From Candidatus Omnitrophota bacterium (GTDB lineage: Bacteria; Omnitrophota; Omnitrophia; Omnitrophales; Aquincolibacteriaceae): a DNA stretch of 29,291 nt. The DNA lies in contig JBAXGK010000001.1 of assembly GCA_037139435.1 (NCBI GenBank), positions 1 to 29,291 on the forward strand. Direction: 5' to 3'. Below are positions 26,345 through 29,291 of the stretch, piece after piece. A model generated the notes under the pieces. It ran no database searches. It had not been told where the DNA came from and saw only the letters and a list, made by a program, of their open reading frames with translations. Position 1 is the stretch's first letter; every line of letters begins with the position of its first letter. Made by a program: the position numbers and the translations under genes.

Positions 26345-27225
26345 TGGACACTTTAAGAAAGCTTGAAGCGCAGAGCATTCATATTTTGCGGGAAGCGTAC
26401 AAGGAATTCAAAAGCCTTGTCATGCTTTGGTCGATCGGTAAGGACAGCACGGTTCTGCTCTGGCTGGCCCGGAAGGCATTCTTTGGTCATGTGCCGCTCC
26501 CGCTCCTCCATATCGACACGCATTACAAGATCCCGGAAATGATCGCCTATCGCGACAAGCTGGCCGCAGATTGGCATCTTAATATTTTGTACGGCGAGAA
26601 TGCGCAGGCGCTTGCGGCGAAGCAGACGTTTCCGGATGGGAAAGTCGATCGCTTGACTTGCTGCAAATCCCTGAAAAGCGAGGCGCTCAAACATACGCTT
26701 TCTGGCGAATGGCCGCGTTACGCGTTCGACCATAATCTTGGGAAATATATACAGGAGAAGAACCCGCAGCCTTATACCGGCGTGATCGTGGGGGTTCGTG
26801 CGGATGAAGAAGGGAGCCGCTCCAAGGAGCGCTATTTTTCGCCGCGCGATAAACAAAGCGATTGGAATATCGGCGATCAGCCGCCTGAGCTCTGGAGCCA
26901 GTACAAGACCGATTTCGCGCCCGGAACCCATGTGCGCGTGCATCCGCTCCTCGATTGGACTGAGCTCAATATTTGGGAATACATCGATCGTGAAAATATT
27001 CCGATCATTCCGCTTTATTTCAATAACGGGAAGGGGCTTCGTTACCGCTCGCTCGGCTGCTATCCCTGCACGGGATCGGTGAAGTCGGATGCACGGAACG
27101 TGAAGGAGATCCTTTCAGAACTCAAAACCGGAAAATTCTCGAACATCGCAGAGCGCTCCGGTCGGGCCCAGGATAAAGAAGACGGCGGCGGGCTCGAGAC
27201 GCTTCGCCGCGAAGGGTATATGTGA
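26344..27225 (+). CDS. cysD: Sulfate adenylyltransferase subunit 2
   Basis: [60 protein letters not shown]. Confidence 0.93.
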   Translation: MDTLRKLEAQSIHILREAYKEFKSLVMLWSIGKDSTVLLWLARKAFFGHVPLPLLHIDTHYKIPEMIAYRDKLAADWHLNILYGENAQALAAKQTFPDGKVDRLTCCKSLKSEALKHTLSGEWPRYAFDHNLGKYIQEKNPQPYTGVIVGVRADEEGSRSKERYFSPRDKQSDWNIGDQPPELWSQYKTDFAPGTHVRVHPLLDWTELNIWEYIDRENIPIIPLYFNNGKGLRYRSLGCYPCTGSVKSDARNVKEILSELKTGKFSNIAERSGRAQDKEDGGGLETLRREGYM

Positions 27226-27236
27226 CATCTTTCGGA

Positions 27237-27297
27237 TGTCATCCCTGAATGTTTAAATCGGGGATCCATTTCTGGATTCCCGCTTTCGCGGGGATGA
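27237..27297. repeat. Palindromic intergenic element (GTCATCCC.../CCCGCGAAAGCGGGAATCCA type)
   Basis: Outer 9-bp inverted repeat TGTCATCCC/GGGATGACA; inner hairpins CCCGC-TTTC-GCGGG and GGATCCA-TTTC-TGGATTC; minus strand reads VIPAKAGIQ. Confidence 0.8.
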
Positions 27298-27331
27298 CAG
27301 GCTGAATTTGAAAGGTATTAAGGACTGACTT

Positions 27332-29122
27332 ATGGACAGAATGAACATTGTGATCGTCGGGCACGTGGACCACGGCAAAAGCACTGTGATCGGCCGGCTT
27401 TTGGCCGATACGGGATCTTTGCCTGAGGGGAAACTTGAACAGGTCAAAGCGACTTGCGCGAAGAACGCGAAACCTTTCGAATACGCGTTTCTTCTCGATG
27501 CTCTCAAAGATGAGCAATCTCAGGGGATTACGATCGATGCCGCACGTTGCTTCTTCCACACGAAGAAGCGCGAATACATTGTGATCGATGCTCCGGGGCA
27601 TATTGAATTTTTGAAGAACATGATCACGGGTGCTTCGCGGGCCGAAGCGGCACTCCTCGTGATCGATGCGAAGGAAGGCATTCTCGAAAATTCTAAGAGA
27701 CACGGTTATCTGCTTTCCATGCTCGGGATTCGCCAGGTGGCGGTGCTTGTGAACAAGATGGATCTCGTGGAATACAGCGAGCAGGTCTTCCGGGCGATCG
27801 AAAAAGAATACGGCGATTTTTTGAAAGGGTTCAGCATCCAACCGAATGCTTTCATCCCAATGAGCGCGATGAACGGTGTGAACATGATCGCCAAGTCACC
27901 GGAAATGCCGTGGTATTCCGGGCTTTCGGTATTGGAACAGTTGGACTCTTTTCATCATGAAACCACGAGTGAAGCGTATCCCTTCCGTTTTCCGGTGCAG
28001 GACATTTACAAATTCACAGAGCTTGCCGATGACCGGCGCATCATGGCCGGAACGATCGCCACGGGAACGATCCGGGTCGGTGACGAAGTGGTGTTTCTTC
28101 CTTCGAAAAAAAGAACGCGGATCAAAACGATCGAAGAGTTCAATGCGCCGTCGAAGCAAGAAGCCTCCGCCGGGGAAGCGATCGGTTTTACGACCGAGAC
28201 CCAACTTTATATCAAGCCAGGCGAGCTGATGGTGAAAACATCGGATCCTCTGCCGTCCGTGAGCACGCGTTTTAAGGCGAATATTTTCTGGATGGGCCAT
28301 GCACCGCTTGTGAGAGGCAAAAAGTACAAATTAAAACTCGGTGCGAGCCGTCCTTCGGTTCGACTCGTCGAAGTTCTGAATGTTCTGGACAGCTCGGAGC
28401 TGACTTCGATCACCAACAAGGCACAAGTGGATCGGCATGATGTTGCGGAGTGCATTTTTGAAACGGGTAAACCGCTCGCCTTCGACAAGGCGGGCGATCT
28501 TCGTGAAACAGGCCGTTTTGTGATCGTGGATAATTATGAGATCGCAGGCGCCGGGATCGTTTTGGAGGCGCTTTCGGAGGATCGGTCGATTCTGAAGGAT
28601 CATGTGCGCCATCGCGAGCAGATCTGGGAGCGGAGCGGTGTCAGTGCTTCGGAAAGAGGCGGGATCTATGGTCACCGGCCGGCATTCATCCTGATCTCCG
28701 GCAAGGTCAATACCGGCAAGCAGAAGATCGCACGGGAGCTTGAAGCGCGTCTCCTGAAGCAAGGAGTGAAGGCTTTTTATCTCGGCATTTCAAATCTTGT
28801 TTCGGGTCTCGACAGCGAATTGCCTCAAGGAGTCGATTCGCAGGAAGAGATCGTCCGGCATCTCGGAGAACTCGGCAGGATCATTGCCGAATCCGGGCAG
28901 GTTTTTATCACGACCGCATCGGATCTGGATGATTTTGATATCGAAACCCTCCGAATCTTGAACAGTCCGAATGAGGTTTGGGTGATCCAGGTGGGGCCCA
29001 ATACTTTCTCTGGGTTTAAACCGTCTTTTGTTTTAAAGGAAAATGAATCTCTGGAAGCGGCGGTCGAGAAGATCGGCTCTTTTCTCAAGAAAAAAGAGAT
29101 CATTCTGGAATATTATCTCTAA
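27332..29122 (+). CDS. cysN: Sulfate adenylyltransferase subunit 1 (GTPase) with a degenerate C-terminal APS-kinase-like domain
   Basis: [34 protein letters not shown]; C-terminal CysC-like domain with eroded P-loop. Confidence 0.94.
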   Translation: MDRMNIVIVGHVDHGKSTVIGRLLADTGSLPEGKLEQVKATCAKNAKPFEYAFLLDALKDEQSQGITIDAARCFFHTKKREYIVIDAPGHIEFLKNMITGASRAEAALLVIDAKEGILENSKRHGYLLSMLGIRQVAVLVNKMDLVEYSEQVFRAIEKEYGDFLKGFSIQPNAFIPMSAMNGVNMIAKSPEMPWYSGLSVLEQLDSFHHETTSEAYPFRFPVQDIYKFTELADDRRIMAGTIATGTIRVGDEVVFLPSKKRTRIKTIEEFNAPSKQEASAGEAIGFTTETQLYIKPGELMVKTSDPLPSVSTRFKANIFWMGHAPLVRGKKYKLKLGASRPSVRLVEVLNVLDSSELTSITNKAQVDRHDVAECIFETGKPLAFDKAGDLRETGRFVIVDNYEIAGAGIVLEALSEDRSILKDHVRHREQIWERSGVSASERGGIYGHRPAFILISGKVNTGKQKIARELEARLLKQGVKAFYLGISNLVSGLDSELPQGVDSQEEIVRHLGELGRIIAESGQVFITTASDLDDFDIETLRILNSPNEVWVIQVGPNTFSGFKPSFVLKENESLEAAVEKIGSFLKKKEIILEYYL

Positions 29123-29144
29123 CGGGGCAAAGGAGATCTATCCG

Positions 29145-29291
29145 ATGGCGCTGATTCGGGAAGAACAGATCAAAGCGGACCAACATCCCTTCGATGCTTG
29201 GGACAACCTTGTCCGGGCGTCCCGTGATGGGTTTGCTTCGATCTCTCCTGAGAATTTCCTGCGCTTTCGTTGGTTCGGTATCTACCAGCAG
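29145..29291 (+). CDS. Nitrite/sulfite reductase (siroheme type), 3'-partial
   Basis: AAGGAG RBS; MALIREEQIKADQHPFDAWD...FLRFRWFGIYQQ resembles the Sir/NirA N-terminus; operon context. Confidence 0.75.
   Translation, partial: MALIREEQIKADQHPFDAWDNLVRASRDGFASISPENFLRFRWFGIYQQ

Overview
Bacterial chromosomal window, mostly housekeeping genes; a PVC/Omnitrophota-like origin is my impression only and is not demonstrable here. Left: 5'-partial ETF:quinone oxidoreductase, a single-chain EtfB-EtfA fusion, a three-gene envelope module, a thioredoxin-like protein, thiD and thrH. Middle: an AT-richer islet, recN, a doubly frameshifted SUI1/YciH gene, HIT, DUF4870-like, YkgJ-like, an orphan histidine kinase, PilT/PilU, AI-2E, hldD, folB, rlmD-trmB-rluB. 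Right: an Rrf2-led sulfur assimilation operon (metY, DUF2292-like, DUF3034-like beta-barrel, cysK, DUF2061-like, cysH, cysD, cysN, 3'-partial sulfite reductase). The most unusual signal is non-coding. A decayed comM/yifB 3' end is split in frame by exactly two 42-bp units of a repeat that recurs at three other intergenic sites, and a second comM tail lies next to it. At least four more unrelated palindromic repeat families occupy the intergenic spaces, and some supply start-codon context, a stop codon or N-terminal codons to neighbouring genes. No rRNA, tRNA, CRISPR array, transposase or integrase gene was seen. All family names come from motif recognition by eye, not database searches.
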